From: an uncultured virus (IMG/VR IMGVR_UViG_3300009183_000081)
Taxonomy: Duplodnaviria > Heunggongvirae > Uroviricota > Caudoviricetes
IMG/VR virus record: IMGVR_UViG_3300009183_000081
DNA: 64,000 bases
Strand: one strand, 5' to 3'
Position numbers and translations under genes: made by a program. Each line of letters begins with the position of its first letter. Position 1 is the first letter of the stretch. The notes beneath the pieces are model-generated. The model was not told the DNA's origin. It did no database searches and saw only the letters and a list, made by a program, of their open reading frames with translations. Below, piece by piece: positions 10,901 to 21,206 of this stretch.

Positions 10901-13900
10901 CTAAATAAAACAGGGGATTGGGGTTTTTCTAGATCTTCTTTTACTGGTTTTAATAGAATACTGAAATTATAGTCTTCAAATCTATTCGTAACTGGTAAAA
11001 TATCGCCATTGTCTTTTAATTCTGAAAATATGAATTTTGCACCGTTAAAAACAGTGTTATATTGATTTGTAAATTCGTCTTTAACGGTTTTAGAATATCT
11101 AAATTGAGGATGATCTAGCTCTACTCCGTTTATTGTTGGAATGTACGTAAAATACTTTTCAAAATAATCTGCCTCAGTAATTAACAAGTCAACATTGATT
11201 GGTGAATTGAAATAGTAGTAATTTTTTCTCAATAAAGTTTCATCTAACGAATAGTTAAAATCGGATTCAATATAGAACCATTCGTGTGTTAGTTTCTCAG
11301 CAGTTGGAGTATTTTCCCTATGCGATGGTCCAAAATTATCTTTACCGAATGCAATATCTGAATTTAATCGATATACATTACCCCTAGCGTCAGTTGAGTT
11401 AACAATTCCCCATTTTGAGATGTATGGAATAACTCTACCATCTATTGCAAAGGTCTTTGAAAAATTTTCCAAGTATATGTTATATTCACTTGCTAAATTA
11501 TTGGTTTTAAATTTATCTCTATACTGGTAAGTAGGCAGAGCTGGATCAGGTGCACTATGGTCTGCTCCTAATGAAAAGAATCCTGTAAAGTTTTGAAGAT
11601 TTTCATCCTCGTCGTATATTCCAATATCGGTTCGAATCGTACTTGCTGAATACGGTTTAATATTGGATTGAACTAGGGTAACATCTCCAGATAATACTGA
11701 GTATGAGTGTAAACCTTCTCGGTCTTGCCAAACAGTATCGATTGATTCGCTATCATAAACAATTTCGTTAACTTGAATACTACCGATTCCAATTAATGAA
11801 TATTTGTATTTAGTAAAGTCTAGAATTTTAACATTTGCTGGCACCCAATAGTATTGGTATAGATCTACTTCTGGTATTTTTGAATATTCTGAGCTAAATA
11901 CATTGAAATCGATGTCCCGGATTTCAAACAAAGACAGAACTCCAATTTTTGGTTTAAATAGTTTTCGAATTTCAATTTTATCGTATTGAACGATTATTGG
12001 CTCGTCATCTTCTAGCATTAGGGTTGCATTTGAATTAAATGCTGAAATTGAGGCTTGCGATAATTCGCTGGTTTCGTTATTTAAACCTGCAGTTGATCTA
12101 CATACTCTAAGAATTTTAGACCAATCTTTTTGAGTTTTTACAACAAGATCATCTAATAATGGAGTAAGTCTTTCAATGTTACCAATTGGTATGATTGCTT
12201 GTTGCGATTCTAAAAATCCGCCGTCCGCATAAACAACTAAATTGGTTACACTCGCGTTTAATTTAATAGCTGAACTGCTTTGCAAGGTCTTAGCTGCAAG
12301 CATTCCATACTTATTTCCGTATGCTCGAGTTTGAATAATTGCGGTGTTTTTAAAAGAAGCACCTATCAAAAAACTATCAACGAGTTTTTCAATTATTTTA
12401 ACTACTGTTTGGGCTAATTTCGTAGTATCGGTACTTGCAACTGCATTAATTGTTGCATTCTCAATATTCACGTAAATTCTAGAACCTATTGTCTTAACCA
12501 CATACTGTGAACCGTTCCAAATCCAGTTTATACCAGTTTGTGAAGATGTGTATTGTGTGCCAATAACTCCAGGTAGATTAGGAGTAAATATTGCAGCTGG
12601 GTCGTTTGGATCAGCTGTATCAAAATTTACAACTGAGAAAGTTGGGTAATTCAGAGAATATTCTTCTCCAGTTAAAAAGTATCCACTAACGAATACAATA
12701 TCATCGTATCTTCCGTTACTATCGGTTTTGTCAAAGGTTGAGCCGTTTTGATGATATACTCGCAGCGTATCTAAATTAGATGGAGCGGACTCAATTGTAA
12801 CTGATAATGAAGTTCGAGTATTTGCAGAGTATGCCTTTGCTCTTTCTTGTGAAAATAATTCGTCTGGTCCAAAGGTTAGGCCTAGATCGAACTCTGAATC
12901 GTCAATCGCAAAGGTTGCATTAGATCCAATTTGAGAAAATGTGGTTGCATTTGTGCTGTACTCGGTTTTTAGAAAGTGTAGATCATTGTTCTTTGTTTTT
13001 AAATATGGAAAGAATAATGACTCCTCAGTATCTAGCGCTGAATTAATAAAAGATAAGTCTTCTGTTAAATTTTCAGCACGTAAAACTACGCCGTTTGGAT
13101 TTGAAATAGTTAAATTAATTTCGTCTGATGCCTTAAATTTATTCGGTAATGGATTATCATTATCCTCGTTTTCGTACATTTGATTTAGGTCAATATCAAA
13201 TGATGCAAGGTCTATTGAGTTACAGTAGAAACCAAAATATCGATTAAATTCGTATGGGTTTGAAGTATCATCATTGAATAAAAATTCCAGATTTAAAATC
13301 TTTGGATAGATTACATTATTTCTCTCAAATCCGCCGGTAATATATTTCTCAAGAGTTAGTTGAGGAACTGATTTAGTTAGAGTCGATGAAATTATTTCTG
13401 GAATTTCAACGTATGTGCCTGAATTAATTGAAGCACCACGGTATAGAGAATATTTGTCTTTCTTAACATTAACGTACAACGGATTCTCCGGATACATTGG
13501 ATTTGCAAAAATACGACGAACGTAGGTTCCAATATTAGAAGATTCGGTTAATGGGATTGCCTTTACTATTGTTGAATTTCTAAATAGATCTCTAGCAAAA
13601 GTTTTTTGGTCAACTGAGCCGTTGTGCTGATACCAGTCGGCTGCTGTATAGTTAGATGCCCCAGCTGCTTTAAAAATAACAAAATACTCCGGTAAAACTT
13701 TGTCTAGATATAACGGTGCAAGGTAACTAAATTTTTCAGAATAATTCTTGGAAGTTAGGTATTTTGCGCCGCTTGTGTATAGGTCAAAGTCGTATTGATC
13801 CTTAAGATCTTTTGCAATAACATCAGTTCGAATAGATGAGCCTACTGCATAAGATATTTTGCTAGGAGTTGCCCCCATATCATAGAACCTAAAAATATTA

Positions 13901-14109
13901 ACCTCATGATTTGATTCTGGATTAACTGCAAATTTTTTGTATTTCTGTTGAGCAAGTTGCTCGTTTGCATTAATTGAATTAAACCACAGATCTCCACTTG
14001 AGTCAACTGTCAATTTAAGATTTGAAGTTAACTTAGGATTTGTTCTAAGCAGCCCGAAACTTACATTCCTATCGGCTAATTTAGTATATGTTAGATTTTG
14101 ACTAGGCAA
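7993..14109 (-). CDS. Very large virion structural protein (2038 aa, probable baseplate/tail component), TTG start
   Basis: Uninterrupted ORF within the structural operon; beta-rich composition; poly-Thr linker. Confidence 0.6.
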   Translation of the reverse strand: MPSQNLTYTKLADRNVSFGLLRTNPKLTSNLKLTVDSSGDLWFNSINANEQLAQQKYKKFAVNPESNHEVNIFRFYDMGATPSKISYAVGSSIRTDVIAKDLKDQYDFDLYTSGAKYLTSKNYSEKFSYLAPLYLDKVLPEYFVIFKAAGASNYTAADWYQHNGSVDQKTFARDLFRNSTIVKAIPLTESSNIGTYVRRIFANPMYPENPLYVNVKKDKYSLYRGASINSGTYVEIPEIISSTLTKSVPQLTLEKYITGGFERNNVIYPKILNLEFLFNDDTSNPYEFNRYFGFYCNSIDLASFDIDLNQMYENEDNDNPLPNKFKASDEINLTISNPNGVVLRAENLTEDLSFINSALDTEESLFFPYLKTKNNDLHFLKTEYSTNATTFSQIGSNATFAIDDSEFDLGLTFGPDELFSQERAKAYSANTRTSLSVTIESAPSNLDTLRVYHQNGSTFDKTDSNGRYDDIVFVSGYFLTGEEYSLNYPTFSVVNFDTADPNDPAAIFTPNLPGVIGTQYTSSQTGINWIWNGSQYVVKTIGSRIYVNIENATINAVASTDTTKLAQTVVKIIEKLVDSFLIGASFKNTAIIQTRAYGNKYGMLAAKTLQSSSAIKLNASVTNLVVYADGGFLESQQAIIPIGNIERLTPLLDDLVVKTQKDWSKILRVCRSTAGLNNETSELSQASISAFNSNATLMLEDDEPIIVQYDKIEIRKLFKPKIGVLSLFEIRDIDFNVFSSEYSKIPEVDLYQYYWVPANVKILDFTKYKYSLIGIGSIQVNEIVYDSESIDTVWQDREGLHSYSVLSGDVTLVQSNIKPYSASTIRTDIGIYDEDENLQNFTGFFSLGADHSAPDPALPTYQYRDKFKTNNLASEYNIYLENFSKTFAIDGRVIPYISKWGIVNSTDARGNVYRLNSDIAFGKDNFGPSHRENTPTAEKLTHEWFYIESDFNYSLDETLLRKNYYYFNSPINVDLLITEADYFEKYFTYIPTINGVELDHPQFRYSKTVKDEFTNQYNTVFNGAKFIFSELKDNGDILPVTNRFEDYNFSILLKPVKEDLEKPQSPVLFRVIENMDAKSILILIEIALSDISRINPALLAESSPEMISAGQEFEDLRLDQTKLFLNSKIIYNLAPTEFTVSAIYTAASSTEFNSLKNGIYPNVSGLAGIAIGSSTPGTAIDPVSTQPVNLLIGGTEYDADNYPVILVIEPTSGEEFILAFSNSELFVNATNQELLSGSYNSENPSQYLTFSNPVHVILGSTGSDLIRIFDNSTDPSQLTPIPLTTLSKFSVVGAKPSFLGAFGDYRISFNPAGVSNLTYNFIYSVKDKKYNSTKSAFSTVKLAAGVDISGSSVYVTPEQVSTVSQNLSQIPTNAFVLEDFINPISASFDTLINPSIGAESPLPAFSPLLFINQTGIASIPLKTSADFSGNTSLATLRHDLSNPTVTTHLLKSVQENLLIFETPEIIYEFSDFIILDPAYLPTTTTTTISGTTTTTTSSGTTTTTTTAFPGINLSTNYVGQYITATLVGIDSTKLKVGDVVKIEDSANSAQYLRAQITAIQLSATGSNLLITFLVRYQTGAGSNSNDWLISCKRDTLILRPKLEASAAGPTLSLSASAFPGGSTSDWLNLSQQFQLFGGKSYFTNLFENISFANFISLLDNNSSLVKFETYQNGALIPGQKIKLSVETADRIEKSTIVTAVPEQIETASTAVVGGFTHIESKSQKYEVFRYSGEYDVLYRPIAGFKYTSQLGNFDLTGSNCLLNPSIKDFFIMPEFSFVKYSDTQILDLESSTKYKAEYPLIGESPVDTAPYNCLSSSWDFGYHYKYLTKSQRVKIAGTNRVTEDYSFASKLLNVPTEFTAESFNTQQLTNSQFEITDSAFAKLEANGSIIDIAYSVYKTEIKLKINLANIIAKTLIEAGLRAEFEKFFVDGLGNPLVTDLSLIGELTLDQYLTAYCKANLVKLYELEVIDFYEKPDHTLVDNSLSIAQVPYSQLDDLDYSLIKEVKINNPKSAILSGSIYKKSSTGVSLVPKLKIKYI

Positions 14110-14124
14110 ATCTTATTTGTTATT

Positions 14125-17100
14125 TTATGCGTTTAGAGCAGCAGATGAAACTGTTGCGGTCTGCGCAATTGCAGTTGCTGGTGTAATTACAGCTGTTTCT
14201 TTTTCAAATTGTGCACTAACTAGGACGTCAAACGAGAACACTTCAGTTGATAAGTTAATATCAAATCCTATTTTCTTTGAGTATTTTACATTTCGTAAAC
14301 CGGTTGTAGCATTTCCTCGATATCCTCCAACGTATTTTAAATAGTCGGCGCAGCGATATTGGAAAGTTAAAGGTATTTTAATTGAAGATTCAGTTCCGTA
14401 ATTAACTGCACGTTTAGCAGCCGTTGGACTAAATGAAGTTGATCCAATACTATCGTATGAAGCTGGTGCAATGTATAAGTAGGCGCCGCACGTATATTTT
14501 CCAATTAAGTACTTATCATTTTCGGAGAAGCCTAATTTAATTGGATAATTTTGCTCTCGCATGGCTGATGATGTTGTAACTAGAGCGCTTGGCGAAGTTG
14601 GTGTATTGTATGCAGCTTGTTGTGTATACTTTGCACCAAATGGGTTAGTTGCCTCAGCTGCAGAGATTTCGCAGTGGATTGCTTGACTAAACGGTAGGGT
14701 TATTTGCTTGGTCGCGCCAGTTGTATAAACTGGACGGTATACGCTTCCCCATGCTGCATTATATTTACCACCAGCTTTAATGTCTGGATGATCAATTGAT
14801 ATACAGAATTCAGATAGAAGACCATTACCTTTAGGAGCAGAGTTTGCGTCAATTTGACCGTTCCATACTGTTGCATTTGGAGAGAAAGAGATAGACACTC
14901 CGTTAATTAATATACTTAAACCGCCGACTGTTGGATTATATGGAACATAATGACCAGCTACATACGGCATGGTTGTGTTGCCAATTACAGCTCCTTGATA
15001 ATTGTAGTTTCCGCTGCTTAGAGTTAAATCGTATGAAATATTTTCCGGATCAAGGCCGGTGATTTGTCTACGATCACCTTCTACTAGTTTCTCAGCTAAA
15101 TTTACTGATTTAGTTCTGCGATATACGATTTGGCCCTGTACTTGAGATGATTGGTAACCGTCAGTTTGTCTAACGTCACCAATTAAACCAGCGCTAACGT
15201 CGGCTATTCCAATTGGAGCAGCATCGTAGCGTAAACTTGTGTGATACACCTCAGTTGGAGAAACTGCCGGGTTTGAAACTGGCGCTTTTTGGCCAAGACC
15301 ACCAGTTAAGGCAGAGATGATTTGTAAAGGAGTTTGTGAAGTGTTTTCAACTTGAATGTAGTATTGATTTGTAATTACTTTACCCCAATCGTATGAAACA
15401 CTTGATCCAGAACTATTTTTAATTTGATCTTTATAATAACCTGCAAAGATTTGTACAGTTTGACCGTTTGAGACAGACACTTGATTACCGGTTTGATCAA
15501 TGATACTAACTTTTAATTGGCCAGTACCGCTGGCTATTGAAGTTTGAACCGCGGTTAGTGAATCTGAGATTGTTTTAAGCTTTGTGAATAGGTCTACAAT
15601 ACTGCCGTCTGATGAAAAGAAGCCACTAGCCACATCTTCTGCTCTATGGGCAAAGTACTTATCACGGCTGGTGAATGATGTGCCTAGGTGAATATCTAAC
15701 CCCTTAGAGTTAAGTTCATCTTGGAAATTTATCTTTGCTTCTTCAGCAAAGGCTTGTTGAGAAACAACTGAAATATCTTCAATTGTTTGAATATTTGCTG
15801 GAAATTCAATTAAGATTAGGTTAGACCAGTCAGATTCAGCTGGCGTATCAGGCCAACCTGCTTCAGATAAACTCTTTACTCTGATCTCGAGAACTTCACC
15901 TTTATTAATAGGTAGTTCAAGTTGATTTGAGTTAACTTCGTTTGGATCTGCGATCTTCTCCTCCTGCCATTCGTAAAAACCGGTAAGAGCATTGTACTTC
16001 TTAACTCTAGGTTTTGTGATAATTTCTTTCCATGGAGAGAATGACCCGGTTATCTTATTTCCTTTGGCATCAGTGAATGTGATTTGCTCAGCAGGCTCGC
16101 TTGTTCCAGTTTTACTTAGAACACGATATGCAATTTTAAATTGAACAACTTCTTGTAAACCATGAGCAGCTTCCTTTGGTTCAGGAACTGCCCAGAAACC
16201 TTTAACTTTGTAAGTTGGGACTTTAATTAATTGAGGCGTTGCTTTAACGGCAGTTGTCACTGAGCTAATTTTACTCGCATGTTGGCTACTTAATGTTTTA
16301 CGGTCATCTGCTAATCCGGATAAATCCTTAGTTAATCTTAGCGCTTGAGCTTCGCTTAGAGCGGAGTTTGTATTTAACTCTGCACGCTTTTCGCTAATTT
16401 GCTTGTCAACTTCTCGTATTTGAGACTTTACTGCTTCAATTGAAGAAATATTTTGCTTAATCTCTTTAATGTCATTGTCTGCTTGAATATGTAGGTCAGT
16501 TTGAACAACTTTAAAGTTTGCAGTATCTAGAGAAACTGCATTTGGAGTTTCACCAAGAGAAGAAGGTAATTTCTTTTCTTTTGCGTAATTTAAAAATAAT
16601 AAGCCAAAATCAGATACAAACTTTTTATAGAAATTTGCAAGCGTCATTGATGTACCATTGTTCATGGTAATCGTTAATTCATTAGAGAATATGCCAATTC
16701 CTTGAGAGTACTTATCCGTTGTTACTTTTAATCTAGTGCTTGAAGGTTTAAGGAATAATACTTGGCGTTCGTTGTAGCCTAAATTAATTGGAAGGCTAGT
16801 AGATGGAGTGAGTTCTGGTTTTACTCTTAGAATATTTGCACCTTTCTTAAGTTCACCAATTCCGAATGTTCTAGTTACAGTAATGCTGCGTTGATTTACG
16901 TCGATGTTTGTTACTTGATATTCAGAGTTATCAGAAGTTAACAAATAATCTCCAGCTTTTAGAGTTTTTTGAACTACGCCGTTTGGCGAAGCTGAAGATT
17001 TTTCAGTATACAATACTGAACTAAGAATGTATTTTGTAACATTAGTTACAACGGCAACTCCTGCAACAACCTTTGATTCAGAGTCACTTAATATGTTAGT

Positions 17101-17760
17101 AATATCAAATGAACCGTATTTTGTGTTTTGCGCTGGCGGTAATGATACTTCATTTGTATCTTCAAAATAAGAAATGTCACGGGTTCCTAAATCTTTGATT
17201 AGATCTGCATATACGATTGCATTTTTACCTTTATAAGTTGAATCAAAATATGTTATGTCTGCTGCAACTTGTGAGGTCATGATTACTCGTAAAACCTCAA
17301 ATTTATCAATATCTGAAGTTACGATTGAATCGACTGGCAATTCAATATAGATTAGCGGATTTAAGAATGATTCAAAAAACCAGTTTGTCTTGTAATTAAA
17401 AGCAACTGGAGATTCAATTGTTTTTGAAGCAACTGCATCTAGGTCTGAAATTACTGCAGATAAATCCTGTAACTCAAATGTTTTAAGCTGACCGGCTGCG
17501 TCTTTTACACCGATTCTATTTTCATTACCTGAAAGTAATGAGTTAAATTTTGTATCTAACGCGTTTACTTTATTGCTTAAATACGCAAATGATGGAACAT
17601 TAAAAGTCTTAGAAGTTCCATCTTGTAAAGTTTGGTTAATAGCGACTGTGTCCGAATTTGTGGTTAACATTTGCGAGAGCTTATTTAAAAACTCTTGCAT
17701 ATTATTTACGTCAACACCAAGTTCGGCTAGGTAATCGGCTAATGTAGTTTTGTCGGCCAT
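14125..17760 (-). CDS. Large structural protein with coiled coil and FN3-like domain
   Basis: Heptad segment DIKEIKQNISSIEAVKSQIREVDKQ; FN3-like end EIRVKSLSEAGWP..SDWS; operon context. Confidence 0.6.
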   Translation of the reverse strand: MADKTTLADYLAELGVDVNNMQEFLNKLSQMLTTNSDTVAINQTLQDGTSKTFNVPSFAYLSNKVNALDTKFNSLLSGNENRIGVKDAAGQLKTFELQDLSAVISDLDAVASKTIESPVAFNYKTNWFFESFLNPLIYIELPVDSIVTSDIDKFEVLRVIMTSQVAADITYFDSTYKGKNAIVYADLIKDLGTRDISYFEDTNEVSLPPAQNTKYGSFDITNILSDSESKVVAGVAVVTNVTKYILSSVLYTEKSSASPNGVVQKTLKAGDYLLTSDNSEYQVTNIDVNQRSITVTRTFGIGELKKGANILRVKPELTPSTSLPINLGYNERQVLFLKPSSTRLKVTTDKYSQGIGIFSNELTITMNNGTSMTLANFYKKFVSDFGLLFLNYAKEKKLPSSLGETPNAVSLDTANFKVVQTDLHIQADNDIKEIKQNISSIEAVKSQIREVDKQISEKRAELNTNSALSEAQALRLTKDLSGLADDRKTLSSQHASKISSVTTAVKATPQLIKVPTYKVKGFWAVPEPKEAAHGLQEVVQFKIAYRVLSKTGTSEPAEQITFTDAKGNKITGSFSPWKEIITKPRVKKYNALTGFYEWQEEKIADPNEVNSNQLELPINKGEVLEIRVKSLSEAGWPDTPAESDWSNLILIEFPANIQTIEDISVVSQQAFAEEAKINFQDELNSKGLDIHLGTSFTSRDKYFAHRAEDVASGFFSSDGSIVDLFTKLKTISDSLTAVQTSIASGTGQLKVSIIDQTGNQVSVSNGQTVQIFAGYYKDQIKNSSGSSVSYDWGKVITNQYYIQVENTSQTPLQIISALTGGLGQKAPVSNPAVSPTEVYHTSLRYDAAPIGIADVSAGLIGDVRQTDGYQSSQVQGQIVYRRTKSVNLAEKLVEGDRRQITGLDPENISYDLTLSSGNYNYQGAVIGNTTMPYVAGHYVPYNPTVGGLSILINGVSISFSPNATVWNGQIDANSAPKGNGLLSEFCISIDHPDIKAGGKYNAAWGSVYRPVYTTGATKQITLPFSQAIHCEISAAEATNPFGAKYTQQAAYNTPTSPSALVTTSSAMREQNYPIKLGFSENDKYLIGKYTCGAYLYIAPASYDSIGSTSFSPTAAKRAVNYGTESSIKIPLTFQYRCADYLKYVGGYRGNATTGLRNVKYSKKIGFDINLSTEVFSFDVLVSAQFEKETAVITPATAIAQTATVSSAALNA

Positions 17761-17764
17761 TTAG

Positions 17765-20005
17765 TTATCTTATTATTTTATCAACTTGGAACGTAAAGTT
17801 TACCGGATCGGTGCAAGTAATTTCAACAATTGGGCGACCAGTTCTTCCATAATTTATTGGAAAATCTGCTTGCGTTAATGTATCAATTATTACGCTGTAT
17901 GCTGATACTTGATTTGATGCATTTAATGCATCGGTTTTTATGGTAATGTTATACGAATTTGTTACAATTTGAGTGTCAATTACAAGTCTAAGAGTTTGAC
18001 CCTTTCTCCAATTAAACACAGAATCATCAATTTTAATCTCTTGATCTGATGTAATTGTCCAAGTTGCCGGATTTGAATTACTTGGCGAAATTGGTTTGTA
18101 GTGCTTGTAATAAGTATTTGAAATTCCAAGAGGTAAGGTTATTACGTTTAACACGTTAACCGTAGTATCAGATAAGTTAACTTGATTCATGTTTGAATAG
18201 GCTTGAACATCTGATGCAATTGTCATTTGACCTGGAACGTGTTTGTCGAGCACAATACCGTAACCTTTTCTAAATGGAGCAAGGTTATACTCTAACTGTA
18301 GAGAACTTCTATTATTAAATAGATCATCCATTCTGCTATTTAAACTGTCAATTAGGTCCATGATTGAGCTGGCTTCATCGAATGCAGCAGTTGATGCAGA
18401 AACGGTTGTTTCTAGAGTTGCGACTCTTGTGGCTAGCGAATCAAGTCCACTTGTATTAACTAGGGCCTGCTTAGCCGAGTCTAGATCAATTCTTAGATTT
18501 TCTAACTCTGCTAATTTATCATTAAATTTGGTCTGTAATCTTCTAAACTCGGTTAGGACATCTAGGAATAGATCAAGACCAAATGTTGTATAATCATTTA
18601 CTGATTTTTCAACGGCAACATCCTCAATCGAAGTATCAAACTTAAGATTGATTTTAAATGCAAATGCATTACCGTTGGTTTTATTAATTGGATCAGGTTT
18701 TTCCTTTGTGATTGTTGGAATAACAAAATCGATTCCGCTTTGTTCTGCTTTATTTAAGAAATAAACTCCGTATAGGTTTGTTGCAACCGCTGGCTCAGAA
18801 GAACCTGCTACTGGAATTGGATCATATACATCATAGTAAACTAGGATTGCATTAAATTCAAAATCCGCATTACCTACTGAATCATTCAATTGAGCAAGAC
18901 TTTTTATGTTGGTATTTTGAGCAGCCACTTGATAGTTAGCAAGATCAAAATCAACAGTTACACCGTCTAGCGTTGAACGTAAATATTCGACTGCTCGAGT
19001 TGGTGAAGGGTTTTTCTTGTAAAGTTTTTGGCTTTTTATTTGAGATGAACCGTTTGATGAGGTTCCGGTAAGCGCTCCATAATATGCAGCTTGATCTGTG
19101 TGATATGAATTTTGTAATTGATTTGCTCCCCACCAAAAACCAATACCGGTTGGGTTTGAAATTGCATTATACGGTGTAGTGATACTTGTCCAGTTAATTA
19201 CAGTATTTGTTACGTCAGAAATCTTCTGAGTTGAATTATCTGAATCTAAATCGTAGATTGCATGTAAATCCATACCGGCAAATGGGTGAGTCTCATTATA
19301 ATGACGACCTGCTAAAAATTCAATATCAAGAGGATCTCCAGGAGAATTTGTGATTAACATATCTGGATGGTAGTTAACATCTGCGATTGAATTAAATAGG
19401 ACAGTTGGAGTTGTTCCAACGCTAGTCGGCACGTGAATGTAGATTTCGCTATATGAATTATCTTTATTTCTAACTGAGTTAATTACATCAATATCGCCTA
19501 AGTATTTTACAACTCGATTGTATGAAGTAGTGGACTCATCTCCCCAATCTTCGGCCCAACGCTTTTCTCCTGTAGGTAGAGTTTGAATTACTTCGGAATT
19601 ATTGGCATCTCTCCAACGAATTGCGCCAGATTCTTTTAACCATTTCCAAAAAACTCTTTCGCTAACGTTTAATTTCTTTTCACGCTGATAGGCTTCTTGC
19701 GAAATTAATAGGGTCTCCAAGTTAAGAGCATAGTTTTGAAAACTATTTGCCAGGTTTAGATTTTGGTTTGCGCTTAATCCATCTAATACTGGGCTCTCCC
19801 CAACTGCTAGAAACTGAGTTCGGTTATCGGTAGCCATTGTGGTTGGAATCCCAATTTCTGGAATTCTCAATAGCGCAAATTTTGAAAATCTAAACTTATT
19901 TGTATTGTTATTAAACGTTAAAGTTAGATCTTCAAGCGAACTCTGGAATGTGTAAAACATCCCCTTTTGAGTCTGAATAGGTTTTATTAGTGGAGCTACT
20001 GCCAT
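17765..20005 (-). CDS. Structural protein with central coiled coil
   Basis: 746-aa ORF, tightly packed in the late operon; heptads LDSLATRVATLE. Confidence 0.55.
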   Translation of the reverse strand: MAVAPLIKPIQTQKGMFYTFQSSLEDLTLTFNNNTNKFRFSKFALLRIPEIGIPTTMATDNRTQFLAVGESPVLDGLSANQNLNLANSFQNYALNLETLLISQEAYQREKKLNVSERVFWKWLKESGAIRWRDANNSEVIQTLPTGEKRWAEDWGDESTTSYNRVVKYLGDIDVINSVRNKDNSYSEIYIHVPTSVGTTPTVLFNSIADVNYHPDMLITNSPGDPLDIEFLAGRHYNETHPFAGMDLHAIYDLDSDNSTQKISDVTNTVINWTSITTPYNAISNPTGIGFWWGANQLQNSYHTDQAAYYGALTGTSSNGSSQIKSQKLYKKNPSPTRAVEYLRSTLDGVTVDFDLANYQVAAQNTNIKSLAQLNDSVGNADFEFNAILVYYDVYDPIPVAGSSEPAVATNLYGVYFLNKAEQSGIDFVIPTITKEKPDPINKTNGNAFAFKINLKFDTSIEDVAVEKSVNDYTTFGLDLFLDVLTEFRRLQTKFNDKLAELENLRIDLDSAKQALVNTSGLDSLATRVATLETTVSASTAAFDEASSIMDLIDSLNSRMDDLFNNRSSLQLEYNLAPFRKGYGIVLDKHVPGQMTIASDVQAYSNMNQVNLSDTTVNVLNVITLPLGISNTYYKHYKPISPSNSNPATWTITSDQEIKIDDSVFNWRKGQTLRLVIDTQIVTNSYNITIKTDALNASNQVSAYSVIIDTLTQADFPINYGRTGRPIVEITCTDPVNFTFQVDKIIR

Positions 20006-20016
20006 TTATGGTTAAA

Positions 20017-21165
20017 TTAGTTTATAACAGTAATGTTGTGACTGTTAGTGATTGTAAAATATGATGAATTGGTCTCGTGTTGAGTTTTTGTTAAACTTAC
20101 GCTTGAACCTCTTTTACTAGGAACAGTTCCGCTTTGCACGTTTGTGTTAAACAACTTGATATAGGCTTTGTTGGTAAGAGTTGAACCAGATGTAGTTGCT
20201 GTAACGGTCGCGGTTCCACTACCGGGTAAGGTATTCCAGAGAGCACTATTAATGTATCCAGTTTTTAATTTACCTGCACCAACTGATGCATCTTGAACGT
20301 ATCCTGATATAATATTGATTCCTAGCGTAGCTGTTCCGCTTGGGTTTTGAGGAGTTGGCCAGTCCGTAACGGCAACTTCAGTTGTTCCATTAGATTGAAA
20401 AATCTTATTGATTATAAATGTAAAGGTTTGGCCAACTGCTGGGCGATTATCAGTTGTTGTATAATCTTCATGTAATAGCAACCAGATTGGCTTACTAGCT
20501 GATTGAGTATAGCCTGAAGGTAAAATAAGGTCTAAATAGATGAATTGTGGGTCAGTCTTAGCTAGTTTCAAGTTAGCATAAGAATATAGTCCGCCATTGT
20601 CAACTAGTTGAACTGTTCTTGAAAATACTGAGCTTTGTTGAATTGCCTGTTTTGCAAAATTAGCTTCTCCGTAAAATCTTGATGGAATTGCTGTACTGCT
20701 ATCTGGATCTCCAACGTATAATCCCTTGTCTGCAATACCTGCTCCACCTGAAGTTGGGTATCCGATTGCTGCGCCGCCAGTAGTTGTTCCAATAACAACA
20801 GTTGGAGTTGCAACTTTTGAACCGGTCGCGGTTGACTGCATCGTCTTAGTAAAAGAGATATTATCTGCTAAGAAAGTTGATACTCCTGCACTCTGGGTTA
20901 AAGAGGCAATCGTTGCAGCAGCTCCGCTTGTTCCATTTTTGAATAGAATTTGACTGCTTACTACTACATTTTCAGTATAAACTTTTCCAATTGGTGAATC
21001 GACACCAATGTACTTGTTTACCAAGTCAATTTGTAGCTCATTAATAACGTCCTCAATTTGAGTTCTCAAAAGAGTAACGTTTGCATTAACGATTAATCTC
21101 ATATCTGAGATAAAGGTTGTCTCCAATAGTGGAGTAGTTGATAGGTTTGTTGGAGTAAATGCCAT
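20017..21165 (-). CDS. Fibre-like structural protein
   Basis: N-terminal RLIVNANVTLL anchor-like helix; G/S/T-rich; GATAAATAA upstream. Confidence 0.55.
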   Translation of the reverse strand: MAFTPTNLSTTPLLETTFISDMRLIVNANVTLLRTQIEDVINELQIDLVNKYIGVDSPIGKVYTENVVVSSQILFKNGTSGAAATIASLTQSAGVSTFLADNISFTKTMQSTATGSKVATPTVVIGTTTGGAAIGYPTSGGAGIADKGLYVGDPDSSTAIPSRFYGEANFAKQAIQQSSVFSRTVQLVDNGGLYSYANLKLAKTDPQFIYLDLILPSGYTQSASKPIWLLLHEDYTTTDNRPAVGQTFTFIINKIFQSNGTTEVAVTDWPTPQNPSGTATLGINIISGYVQDASVGAGKLKTGYINSALWNTLPGSGTATVTATTSGSTLTNKAYIKLFNTNVQSGTVPSKRGSSVSLTKTQHETNSSYFTITNSHNITVIN

Positions 21166-21206
21166 TTTACTAGTTTCTTTTTTTCTTTTTTATTTATCAA
21201 AACCCC

